This document shows positions 46,101-59,000 of a stretch of DNA of 64,000 nt, in pieces. Position 1 is the stretch's first letter. Each line of letters begins with the position of its first letter. The position numbers and the translations under genes were made by a program. Below the pieces are notes generated by a model. It worked only from the letters and a program-made list of their open reading frames with translations. It was not told the DNA's origin and ran no database searches. Source of the DNA: Heterodontus francisci (taxonomy: Eukaryota); NCBI RefSeq assembly GCF_036365525.1, contig NC_090418.1:5805492-5869491 (forward strand). The letters run 5' to 3'.

Positions 46101-49100
46101 GAGACACAGGGGTCCCTCCTCAAGCCAAAAAGGAAGGTGCTGTGAGCAAGAGTGAGACTCGGAGACCTGTGTGCTTCCATTGTAATAAGGCAGGGCATTT
46201 AAAAGCTGACTGCTGGAAACTAAAGGGAAAACCAGTAGGGTTCATCAGGGCACACCCGCTCAGTGAAGACGGGACCCTGATGGAAAACATAGAACAAGCT
46301 GTGACTTTAACTGCAGTAAGAGTGAGAGCCAGGAAGTCTACCGCTGCAAGTGCAGGAAAAGTTAATAGGATTCCTGAAGGTTATTAGGGTTTTGTATTTG
46401 AAGGGAAAGTAACCCCATATCCCTTGAGTGGGTCTAGCAAGCCCATAGTAATTCTCAGGGACACAGGGGCCACCAGATCCCTTTCATTTCCCCCAGAGAG
46501 TGCAGTGAACACCAGAATGGTGGTGAATGGTATTGGAGGGCAGTGTATGCCCGTACCTGTACACCGGGTGCACCTGGAGTGCGACCTAGTTTCGGGACCA
46601 GTGACCATAGGGATTGCCCCTAGTTTGCCTGTGGACGGGGTTGACCTAATCCTAGGTAATGATTTGGCAGGGGTGAAGGTGGTAGCCCCCCCATAGTGAA
46701 AAAAAGACCGCAGGAGGTCAGAAAGTCAGGGCAGTGGCAGGAGACGGTGCCCTGCATGTGTAGTGGGTCGGGCCATGATCAAACCAGCTCCCCTAGAGGA
46801 GACTGCATTGGCATTGCAGGCAGATGACCAGGCCTGCCTGTCCCAGACATTTGTTGGAAAGTTAGGAGCCCCAGGGAATGAATTAAATGAATTTTCCATA
46901 GGTGAGGCTCAGCGAGCCGACACAGTATTGCGAGAGTTAACACAAGTTGCCCAGTCTGAAAGTGAAGCAGAGGGAGCCCCTAAATGCTACTGTTTAAAGA
47001 ATGAGGTACTGATGAGGAAATGGAGTTCTCCTCACAGACCTGAGGGCAAGGAGTGGACAGTAGTTCACCAGTTAGTGGTGCCACAGAGGTACCAGGGAGA
47101 AATATTAAGAAGGGCCCACGAGACTACAGTGGCTCTACATGCCGACATACGAAAGACCAAAGCCGGCATAAGACAGCAGTTTGACTGACCAAACTCCACA
47201 AAGAAGTGGTGGAGTACTGCAGGAGTTGCCACATGTGCCAGGTTGAGGGGAAACCCCAACCTACAGTGAAATCTGCACCCCTAGATCATGTACCGGTGTT
47301 AGGAAGGCGCACCAGCAGAGGGCTGGTGTACTGTAAGGGACCCCCACTGTGAATAAAGGAGGATAGGCAGGCACCTGGCTGGCAAAAGTTTAGAAAGGGA
47401 AGGGGAGAAAGTGACCAAGAGGGCAGGTTAAAGGAAGTCCAGGAGGAATCCCGGATGAAAACCCATACTGTCCAGTTAACCAACCCCAAAAAAATGTGAA
47501 AGGTTAGACCCCACAACTTCCTATGTAAATGCAGACTCTGGAAGCACCCCACCAGAGTTGCTAGCAGCATTTACAGGAACCTGCAGAGACAAAGAGAGAC
47601 CTCTAGGGGGCAGAGAAACTGTGAGGCTGGTGCCTCACTTGGTCGAAGTGCCACAGGAATGTGCAGCCAAGTTTGCACAAATACCTACAGACAGCAGTGT
47701 CCCAAAGAGCAAAGGGGAGAGTAACAAGGAATCCTTCCCCACAGTTAGGAAAAGGGAACCACCCATCCCCTGAAGTCAAAAGTCTTTGCATGTTTAGGAT
47801 AGATCTGCCCACTACTAGCTCTCTTGAGAGAGAAAAAAAGAGGAAATTTAAACAGCCCTGGCACCCCGAAAAGACCATTTTTAATAAACTTTAAGATTGA
47901 CGAACGAATGGAAATGAATGAGAGAAATGCATGGTTTTTCTTTCAGTATCTTGTATTTCTCTCAAACCCTGTAATGAAATGCGCCTTTTTATTTTCAAAT
48001 CACATTTCATTCCCCTCGGTGTGGAGGTGTTAGACAAGCCCCCCACATGCCAAGAATGAGGAATATTGATTTTGGACTGTTGTTGGTGAAGAAAGAACTT
48101 GCTTTAAAAAATAATTGGAGACTTTGGCTGGAGAGAGACATTAGCATATCAACAGACAGTACTGCAAAGGACAAAGGGGCTATTCCCTGCTCCAATTTAA
48201 TCCACAATGGACTTTTGATTACCAGACATTGAAGGTGGAAAAGCTCGCATTCCAAATTAACTGCTAAGATGGCCGAATACACAAACAGACGTGGTCGGAC
48301 CAGTTTGGGTCACATGACTAACTATTGGAGCTTTTTGAATTTGAACTTCCAACAAGGAATTTGAACTTAGTAAGCTGTTTTCTCCTGGACTGGAAAGACC
48401 TCTCTCCTGTCTGCTCTCATCTCGCTCTCACCAGCTTCGGAAACCATTGAAGACACATGAACCCCGAGAGAGAAAAGTCTCCTACGTTGAACAAGGTTTA
48501 AGAAGAATACTGGGCCCCAATGAAAAGCAAGACTACCTACAATCAAGGACTCTGCAGCGAGCTTGAAGCACAGTAAAAAACACCTCTTCAGAAATTGCCT
48601 CATACCTCTCCATTTAATTTTTTCTTCTGCTCTTTTCTGTCCCTATTTGCATGTGCGTATCGTGTATGCATGCTAGCATGGGACGCGGCGTGTATCCGTA
48701 GGCGTTAACCAAATGAGAGTTTAATTTTAAGGTTTAATAAATTTCACTTTTCTTCAATCTAAAGAAAACCTGGTGTGCTCATTTCTTTGCCTTATAATTG
48801 GAAAGCTCAAAATACAGTGTGTTTAATGTTAAACCCTGTTACAATAAGACCAGGTGAAGACAGTAAAAGACCCCTAGACACCTTTCTCACCTGGTCATAA
48901 CATGCTGCATATTGGTACAAACTGCTTCAGTATCTGAGGAGTTGCGAATGGTGCTGAACATTGTACGAGCATCAACGAACATCCCCACTTCTGACCTTAT
49001 GATTGAAGGAAGGTTATTGATGAAGCAGCTGAAGATGGTTGGGCCTAGGACACTACCCTGAGGAACTCCTGCAGTGATGTCCTGGGACTGAGATGATTGG

Positions 49101-49540
49101 CCTCCTACAACCATCTTCCTTTCTACTATGTATGACTCTAACCAGTGGAGAGATTTCCCCCTGATTCCCATTAACTTCAGATTCGCCTGGTCTCCTTGAT
49201 GCTATACTTGGTCAAATGCTGCCTTGACATCAAGAACAGTCACTCTCACCTCCTGTCTTGAGTTCAGCTCTTTTGTTCACGTTCGGAGAAAGGCTGTAAT
49301 GAGGTCAGGTGCCGAGTGGCCCTGACTGAACCCAAACTGAGCATTCATGAGCAGGTTGTTACTGTGTAATTGTTGCTTGACAGCAATGTCAACAACACCT
49401 TCCATCAATTTGCTGATGATTGAGAGGAGGCTGATGGAGCGGTAATTAGCCGGACTGGATTTGTCTTGCTTTTTGTGGATAGGACCTACCTGAGCAATTT
49501 TTTACATTGTCAGTTAGATGCTAATGTTGTAGCTGTACTG
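43180..49540 (-). mobile_element. CR1 LINE (43180-44182 and 48903-49540) split by the Gypsy insertion
   Basis: ORF 48887-49171 (GVPQGSVLGP) continues into 44182-43770 once the LTR element is removed. Confidence 0.8.
44183..48902 (+). mobile_element. Gmr1-like Ty3/Gypsy LTR retrotransposon, decayed and internally deleted
   Basis: LTRs at 44183-~44864 and 48028-48902. tRNA-Pro-like PBS TGGGTGCTAGCGTCTGGGAT at 44871-44890. gag IPKFNEEDVEAFLVSFEKLA, CFHCNKAGHLKADC zinc knuckle, protease ILRDTGA, then integrase N-terminal LVVPQRYQGEILRRAHE..H..C..C. No RT motifs seen. Confidence 0.9.
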
Positions 49541-50245
49541 GAATGTATGTCCGATATATCCTTTTTAACACAATCCACAACAGAGGATTCCCCTCCACCA
49601 TGGTTGACAGGGCCCTTGACCCTGTCTGTTCCATTTCCCGCACTCCTGCCCTCACACCTCCCTTCCCACCAAATTCAATGGGTCATCCTTCACCACCTTT
49701 AGCACGATGTCCCCGCCAAACATATTATCCCCTCCCCTTTCAGAATGCTGAAGGGATCGTTCCCTCTGGTCCACTCCTTAATCACCCCCAACCCTTACTT
49801 GCCTTCCCACAGCACCTTCCAATGCAAGCACAGGAGATGCAGCTGTCCTTTCACCTCCTGTCTTCCCATTTCCATCTCCCTCCCACTCTGACCCCTCTAT
49901 CCTCAGTCTCCTACCCAGTGAAACTCAAGGAACATCACCTCATCTTTCATTTAAGCACTTTACAACCTTCCAAACTTAACGCTGAGCTTAAAATCTTCAG
50001 ATCATAACCACGGCACCTATTTTTTTTGGGTAGCAGATGCGTGCAATGATTCTGCTGTTCACATAATCACTCCTGCCTTTCAGTAGCACCAACCTTCCCT
50101 TTCATTCTTTCCTCCCCTCCCCTTTCTTCCCCTGCCTCTGTACTTGTTTAAAACTGGTCACGTCTGCAACATGTTCCAGGTCCGGCGAGAGGCCACAAGC
50201 CTGAAACATTAGCTCTGTTTCTTTCTCCATAGATGCTGCCCGAGT
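49541..50245 (+). mobile_element. Degraded Penelope-like fragment
   Basis: NRGFPSTMVDRAL and KLKEHHLIFHLSTLQP remnants match the copy at 62415-63658; degenerate pLTR at 50160-50245. Confidence 0.75.
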
Positions 50246-53200
50246 TGGTTGAAAAGATTCGACTGAATGGTATGAGGGGAAATCATAAAATGGTTACAGC
50301 ACAGGAGGCCATTCGGCCCACCATGTCTGTGCCAGCTCTGCAAGAGCAACTCACCTAGTCCCACTCCCCAACCTTTACCCCACAGCCCTGCAAATTTTAG
50401 GATTAGCCACATGGATAGAAAGTTGGTTGAAGGACTGGAAAGAAGCGATAGGATAAATGGGCATAACTGAGCATAGAGAGTTGAATGTGGTGTGCCCCTA
50501 ATGGTTAGTATTCTGTCCCTTCTCATTGTGGGCACAATGACTTGGGCTAGGGGAGAGGGAGCTTAATAGGCTGACAATGCAAAAGAAGGTAAATTGGCAA
50601 ATCGTAGGGAGGATTTTCTTTTGTTAATATTCATTCTCAGGATGTGGACATCATGGCAAGACTGACATTTATTGCCCATCTGTGGTGGCCCTGTCAATGT
50701 GGGGATGAGTGTTTATATCTTCTGGTTCTCATAAGTTGGAAATAATCACACTTTGGGCTTAAAAATGCTGGAGCTCATTGTGTATTTCCATACAGTTCTT
50801 CATGCTGCTTGGTTGAAAATAGGCTTAGACTGTTGCAGTTTACACATGACATGACTCCAGTGCAGTAGTGAACATGGCACCCTGGAACACTTTATACATA
50901 ACAATTAGTTCCTAGCTCTTCACAAATTATGTAACATATAACAATGAACCTTCTTGAACCACTGATGTGATTATTCTTTGTAGCTGTTTGATGCAACTGA
51001 GTGGGTTGCAAGGCCACTTCAGAGGGCAGTTAAGTGGGACTGGAGTCACATAAGGCCAGACGCTTTTCTTTCCTGCAACTCTATCCTTGGCCATCCATCA
51101 CCATCCTTTCCCCTTTCTCCCCCCCGAATGCCTCTCCCACTGTTTTAAGTTCCCCTGGCTCTATTAGTGATACATTTAAAGCCTCAGAGTACAAAACTGC
51201 TAGTTTAAAGTTACCTAAGCCCAAACCCAACCCCCAACCATGCCTGCTGCTGTTTTCATCAGCGAGTGCAGGCTTCAATTTTATTTCCAAATTCCTGGAC
51301 TTCTCCGCCATCAAGACTACACTACTCTTCTGCAAGAGTTAGGTCAACGAGAGTCCAATCTGCGGCTCAGTTGCTCAAGTTGAAAGGTAACTTTGTGTAG
51401 CCTACAGCCCATCCCCACCCCTGCAGTTACCTACTGAGTTTACGATTGTCTTACTGGTTTCAAGTGTAGTTCCTTCCCAGACTTTGACTCTCCTGGGCTG
51501 AAGTCCATTTCTTTACTGCTTCTGGTTCTTACACTGACCCCCAACTTCATCACTGGTCTTCATTCCTACAGAGAAACCTCAGGCAGTGTCTCTATCCTTC
51601 AAATTGCTTCTGAACTCACTCGCCCTCCAAGCTTGTCTCAGAACTTGCCCTCAGTTTATAGATACTGCTTGCTGACCCCACCCTAGTCAACTTTATCCCA
51701 TCACAGGACCTCTGATTTTAACTCTGGATTCCCTGCTAGTGTCTCCTCACTATTCACCATTTATTACCAGGATACATCTATCCTAATCCTGCGCCCATTT
51801 GCATATGTGCTTTGGTTGCTGCTATGGACTCGAGCCCATCACTTCTTGTTCCCTTTTTCTCTAGCCCTTCTAGTTCCCCCTCTCCTATCATTCCTCACTT
51901 CTGGGAGTAGCTGAAGAGGTTTCAGAGCCATAAAGTGATACCAGCCATCAGTTTGGGGAGGTCTCCATCTTTTCCCTCCCTCGACTGACTTCAGAATCCC
52001 TGGCACCCTCCCCTCATAATGAGCCACAAATGTCTTAGATAAGGTAGTGCTTCCCTAGCCAGCCATGTGCTGCCTTTGCCAGAGATGGAAGAGGGGTATA
52101 TGTTGTAATGAGAGGTGTGGTACACAGGTCCCCTGCCCACCACATCTACGAGTTGGTACAAGACTAATATTGAGAAAGCAGGAGCAAACATCTTCTTCAC
52201 TTACTCCCAGGATCAGGGCAATGAGAAGTTGCTGACAATGTCATCTCTCTCCCCTCCAGCTCCATGCTAAATAGTTTCTCCTCTCTGCAGGACCTCTCAC
52301 TGCAGCCTTTAAGAAAGGTACCATTCTGCTTTGTAGCAGCTGTGCACAGTATCCAAAGAACAGCAATCCCACATTCAGTAGACCAGAACCTAGTCACTGC
52401 CCAACCCTTCCCCCATTTTGTTGATTCGTATTTACAAAAACAATCATTTTTCCGGTAATGATGTCCTTTGCTTTCCTTCTGACTAAACAGGAAAACACAT
52501 TGGGGTGGGGGGGTGGGGGCAACACAGCACTCTGCATTCCTTGTGTTAAATACCAGCCTTCTTCCCTGAAGGCCAGCAGTCAGTCCACATTGCTAATGCT
52601 GCAGCAGAAGATAAACTTAGTCACAAAGTGAATTACACTTGTCACAATTAGTTTGCTTCCCCTCCAACCAACCAAGGGTTGGTCCCATGTTGCTCCATGA
52701 AAGGTTGCAGTTATTCCTTTCCCCACCAGACCAGTGACAATAGTTTCAGTTTGTTGTTTTGGTTCAGCAGGTTGCAGAATTATTTCCACTACACTTGTTA
52801 GTGGTACAGTTGTACACAATTGCCCATACTGACAATTGTAGTGGCTTGTACAGAAAGTCAAACTGTTCTTATTGCAGGACAAAATCCTACTAGTCCAAGG
52901 GTATCAAGCAGTTTTCCTGTACTTCCTCTCCTGTTCACTGTCCATGGCAGCACAAGATCAGACAACAGATTAGTCACTGCAGAGGATAACTGTACAATCT
53001 CATCCTCAGTGACAGGGAATTATTGGATAGTGGTCAGCTGTAGGACCACTCAAGGAAACACTTACTGGGATGAAACAAGCCAACCTGCCCAGCATCAGGT
53101 GCTAATCACCCAAAACTAGCTTTGGTGGTGGGACCTCATTTACATGCCTAACACCAGGCTCCCAAAGCCACTGTTCTACTCAGAACTCTTGTGGCAAGAG

Positions 53201-53874
53201 ACTCCCAGGAGGGCACCAGAAATGCTTTAGAGAGGTCCTCAGAGCACCCCTGAAGAAATCAAATGTCCCTGTTGAGTTGTGGGAGGCCCCAGTTAGTTAC
53301 TGTCCTAGATGGAAAAAGCTCATTCGGGAAGGTATTGTACACAGAGGGATTTAGTCAGGAATATACAGAGAAGTGGAAATAAAGGGAGTGTGCTGCCCCT
53401 CATGTGGCAGAGTCTGCAGATCACACATTGGATCTCTGCCATCTCAGAGTGGAATCCCTTCAGGATTGAGGGTCACTAAGTCCCAATTTACAACCAGGCA
53501 TGTTAATTATACTGATTGTGATAAATGAATAACAAAGGATTTCAATATTCTACAATTCAAAAGGGCATAAATACAGTAAGAGCTTTAGACTTGATGGGCT
53601 CATCTAGCCTCCTCCCTTCCCTCCCAATTTAAAGATTTTGAAGGCAAATATTGCTTCCTGACGACAGGATTTGTTGGGGGTTTAAACTGCCTTTAGTACA
53701 AGTGCATGGTGAAATACTGGAGCTCTCAGTCAAATCCCCTGGATGTATACAGAGAACAAAAGGGAGGGTTTCAGCCACATTATCCTCTGTTAAAGAGCCT
53801 GCTGTGCCTGGAGTTACTTGAAGGAAGCAAGCACATGAAATATACTGCAACATTGGAGTTGTAGCAAAGAAAAA

Positions 53875-54950
53875 AGAACAAATAGAAGCATGCCATTCAG
53901 CCCTTTGAGCCAACTTTACCATTCAAATGAAATCATGGCTAATCTACCTTAGCACCATTTTCCTGCACTATCCCCATATCCTTTTTTTTTATATAAATGT
54001 AGTAATCTCAGTCTTGAACATATTCAATGACAGCTTCTGTATCTCACTGGGGCAGAGAATTCCAAAAAGATTCAACACCCTGAATGAAGAAATGTCTGTC
54101 CTAAATTGCCTGCCCCCGTTATTCTGAAACTGGTGTCCCCTGGTAGCAGACTCCTTTGCCCAGGAGAAACATCCTTCCTGCATCTGTTGAGCATTGTTAG
54201 AATTTTGTATATTTCATTCTTCTAAACCAGAGAATAAAGGCCCAGTCTATTTAATCCTTCCTCCTAGGACAATCCCTCCATCCCAGAAATTAGTTTTGTG
54301 AACCTTTGTCACATTCCATGGCAACAATATCTTTCTTTATGTGAAGACCAACTGCACACAATGCTCCATTGAAGTCTCACCAAGGCTCCATATAAATTGC
54401 AGTTAGACATCTTTACTCCCATACTCAAATCCCCTTGTACCAAGGCCAACATACCATTTGCCTTCATAACTGCTTGCTGTACCTGCATGTTAGCTTTCAG
54501 TGACTCATTAACTTCAAAGGAACTTTGTCCTTGTTAAACACTTCCTAGCCTCACCATTTGTGAAATACTGTTTCTACCAAAGTGGATGACCTCATTTTCC
54601 CATTGTATTCCATTGGGAAAATTCTTTGCCTACATGCTTAGCCTCTCCAAATCCTCTTGATGTGTCTTTGCATCCTTCTCACACCTCACTTCCACCTAGT
54701 TGTGTCATCTGCAAGCTTGGAATTATATTAATCCCCACATCCAAAATAGTATAGGTGAATAATTGGGGCCCCAAGCACTGATCCTTATGGTAGCCACTAG
54801 TCACAGCCTACCAACCTGAAAATGACCTATTTATTCCTACTGTTCTGTCCATTAACCAGTTCTAAATCCCATGCACTTTATTTTACTAGCTTTGTGTGGG
54901 ACCTGATCAAAAACTGAAAATCTAAATATACCACATCCACCAGCTCCCTT
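53875..54950 (-). mobile_element. Degraded CR1 LINE fragment
   Basis: Aligns by eye with 6968-8050 (CCAAGGCCAACATACCATTTGCC, CCCAAGCACTGATCC). Confidence 0.75.
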
Positions 54951-55835
54951 ATCTAGAGATTTTAAGACTGTAAAAATGTAGTGTTTATTAATTTGGTTAC
55001 TTTTATATCTACTTGTTAATTCACATCCGTCAACACTGGGCTAAGTGGGTAGTACAGTCACTTACTGCATTGAAAGTTATTTCTCACATTCACCACAAAG
55101 GGCTACATCTGAAAGCATTTGCTCTCTACAGAAAAGGGAAATATTTAGTTGGAATATCTAGACAAAATACAAACCTGCCCTTTGTACAGAAATTAAATTC
55201 CAGGTAGATGTGCAATCATGGATTCTTCCCACAGAAGCGAAATTTGCAACAAGTCCAGCAGACCTTCATGATTGTTGGCTACAGATTTGTGCAATAGAGA
55301 ATGAATGTACAACACTCCTTCCCCTACCAGTCAGTCACAGGAAGGAGCAAGAAGGCAACTGAGCTATGGCTTAGTAAGTAAGCTATTTCCCTTTGGCAGA
55401 AGTCCAATGAAGACCAGACTAAGGCAGCTAGCATTTGTACCTTTAAGCTAACTAAATATGTATTCAGAAGCAAGGTGCAATATAAATGTACCTAGAAAAT
55501 TCTTTTGCTGGATATAAAAAAAAAAAGAGGGGACTGGAATCAGTTAAGATAGTTTGTATTTGAAATATCACAAAACATATCCCAAGTTTAAAACAAAACA
55601 CTAGTTTCAGAATCAGTCCAGGTTACTTCCATAAAGGTATAGGGTCAAGGTTGTGTAAAGAAAAAAAACTTGAAGGTGCAGATTTAAAAAAAAAAAAAAA
55701 GTGTTCAAAAATATATACTGCTAATTAGAGATTTAACCAAATTCTCAGCCACAGAAGCCAGGCATACAATTGGCAGCAAGTTAGTGCAAATTTTAACACA
55801 TCAAGGTGGGATGAGGGATCTCTTCATTCAGGTGT

Positions 55836-56044
55836 TTAGCCAGTTCTCCGCCCAATCCACATCGTTCCACCTAAAGCACATGCACAGAACAGGCCACAAA
55901 GTCCTAGAAACAGTGCGATCCCAAGCAGGATGTAAGTGACAGTGGTGGTCCAGAAGGCAAAAAGGTATAATGTTTTATCACAGTAATTAGGAGAGGTTTT
56001 GTCAATATAATCTGGCTCGTAGATTCTGTAGATCCAAACATTTC
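55836..56044 (-). CDS. TMEM272: TMEM272-like terminal coding exon
   Basis: ttccag|GAAATG...; encodes GNVWIYRIYEP...GRRTG*. Candidate AATAAA on the minus strand at 54984-54989. Confidence 0.88.
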
Positions 56045-59000
56045 CTGGAATAGAGGAAAAATACAAAATTTGATTTACTCAATACCTTCCGTTTAACAGA
56101 GGTCACATCTCCCATAATATCTTAATTTTGGGACTTTGTCCTTCAGAATCTGCCTTTTATAGCAGGTTCCATCTGGAAAATAAAATGGGGAAAATTGCTC
56201 CCAAGTATCTGTCATTTCAAGAGTTTATTTTCTGTGTAGTTGGGTGTGCACTACAGAACAAGTCATTTGGGCACTGCATTACACATGCTGTTAGAGTAAT
56301 TAGCAGACAGCTAACAGAATAATTCATTTGGAACTGAACTCCAAATCTTGATTTTTTAAAAAAGCAAGCAGGTTGTTTTACTACAAAACCCTAGTACAGG
56401 TCAGCAGCCTCAAGAACCTTTAAAATTGGGTCAAAATTGCAATTAAGAGGTATAATGCCTCATTCAAATACCAAACAATAAATTTTTAAAAAGCCTTAAT
56501 GATTAGACAAACCATTTAGTTACCAAAATGGGTTTGATTGATCCAAGTCAAGAGCCTGCTTTTAGATTTTAGCCTAGGGAAATAGCCTGGGGCGGCACAG
56601 TGGCGCAGTGGTTAGCACCGCAGCCTCACAGCTCCAGCGACCCGGGTTCAATTCTGGGTACTGCCTGTGTGGAGTTTGCAAGTTCTCCCTGTGTCTGCGT
56701 GGGTTTCCTCCGGGTGCTCCGGTTTCCTCCCACATGCCAAAGACTTGCCGGTTGATAGGTAAATTGGCCAGTAGCAATTGCCCCTAGTATAGGTAGGTGG
56801 TAGGGAAATATAGGGATAGGTGGGGATGTGGTAGGAATATGGAATTAGTGTAGGATTAGTATAAATGGGTGGTTGATGGTCGGCACAGACTTGGTGGGCC
56901 GAAGGGCCTGTTTCAGTGCTGTATCTCTAAACTAAACATGACACTACTTAATTGGTGAAGGAGGATTAAAAAGTCAAACTGCAAGCCAGTGGGAGATCCT
57001 CTTCAATGATTTCCCCAACCTGGGAAAGCTACAAGATTACCTTCCCAAATCTACAAGTTGAATGTATTTTAGTAGTCACTTTGAAAGCTTTCTACTTCTG
57101 ATTGTTAGTAGATCTGGAGTTAGTGGAGGCCAAGGCTACTCTTGGGCACAATGCCTGCCCCCCCCCCTGCCAAAAAAAAAAAACAAACTAGGTCCCAAAA
57201 GCAGTGTACTAACTACTACAAACCATTGCTAAGACTCTGGCAGGGTGTCCAAATAGTAGCCCATGGGTCACAAGCAGCCCCAAATTCTGCCAAACTGATT
57301 CTTGAATCCCATTTGACTGTTACTTGCACTGACTTGCAATGTTAGTTTGTCTTGTGACTGAACTTGGAGGCTTGATAGGGTGGAAAGAAAAAGAAACTGG
57401 CTGTTGCAGTTGTGAAAATCACATGCCCAAATGGAACTAATTTTGTCACATTGAACACTGCTCGAAACTTACTGGACATTGCCAATAACCTTTTAAAGCA
57501 GAACTGAAAAGTTTTAAAAATGGCCAATCACATTTGTATTTTGGAGACGACAAAGGCTGGCCAAGAGACAGATGTAAATTGCCAGTCTAGCTGGAACAAC
57601 GTGGGGTGCTCCCTGATTCAGTTAGTATTCTTTGGCCTCCTTATCTCAAGAGACAATGGATACACGCCTGGAGGTGGTCAGTGGTTTGTGAAGCAGCGCC
57701 TGGAGTGGCTATAAAGGCCAATTCTAGAGTGACAGGCTCTTCCATGGGTGCTGCAGAGAAATTTGTCGGGGCTGTTGCACAGTTGGCTCTCCCCTTGCGA
57801 TTGATTTTTGTCAATAATGGGTGATCAAAAGACATTAATACCTCTTGACTTTAAAAGCCAAGGCAACCCTCTTTTCCCCCTCCCCCCAATGACTGTCTGA
57901 AAGACTCAAATTCAAACCCTCCAAGAACTGCAGTTTCAACCAAAGATGGTCACATGACACCTGCTGGCACAAGTCAGATTTTTGAATTGTGCCACAGAAA
58001 GTAAGAGACTGCAACTGAACTTGGAGAAAAGTATGTCTGTCTCTCTCCAGAGAAGTCTCAGGGAAACCAGTGGCTGCCTCTAAACCTCAAGACTACAGAA
58101 CGTCACAGGCGACCATGAAGACAGTTGAAGCCTACCTTGGGCCTTCTGGAAGCAGAGAAGCAAGCCTGAAATGGTGCACGTGGCCCTAGCAAGGACTCCA
58201 AGACTAACTTTAAGGACATTACAACCCAGTATTTGCTTACCATTACCAATCTTACTTCAACCTCCCAACTCTTCCCGTGTCACATATTTTAGTAATTTTA
58301 ACTGGTTTAGAGTGATAAGTTAATAAAACTTACATCAGGTTCAAACCCAAGAAAATTACAAATGAACCAGTGAGCAAGGGCTCACTGAGGTACTAAGCTA
58401 AAAAAAAAAATTACTGTTTAAAAAGATAAACCATGTTATGGTCAAACCAGAGAAGGAGAGAGGGGGGAGCCGGAGATCCCTTCCTCACCTGGTTGTAAAT
58501 GCTAAAACCAGAACACCCAAGATCTGTAAATTACATAAACATTGATTTAGATGGCTCCTTCCTCCTCGAATACACTTATGAACAAGGGGTTGATAAGGGG
58601 GAAAAAAACTTCATGCAATTCTGAACACAGGCAAGTACCAGTACATGCAATGTATGCACCCTAAATAACCCCAGTTCATTTTAACAAGTTAAATATCACA
58701 AGTTCCACTCCAAGTTACCTGTTATAAACCAGATGAGAGAGAACAGCGATACCAGAGTTTGCCAAATGTGGCCAATTTTATGGAAGGCCAAAATGTTGCT
58801 CTCATCATTTGGGGTACACGAAACCAGTGATACCATCACAAAGAAGAGTGTAAAGCTTCCAGAAACAATGAGGTAAATTGGAATCAAGTATTGCTTGGTA
58901 CAAGAATCTAAATACACAGTGCCTGTAAGAGGAGGAAGAAACAAGGGAAAATATTAATAAAGAGACAAATAAATAAATAACAAAGCATGTTTCACACTAT

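Noticed and set aside
56589-56660. tRNA gene
   Set aside because: tRNA-derived head of an HE1-like SINE, continuous with the V-domain and LINE-derived tail; the same holds for the copies at 37424 and 39819.
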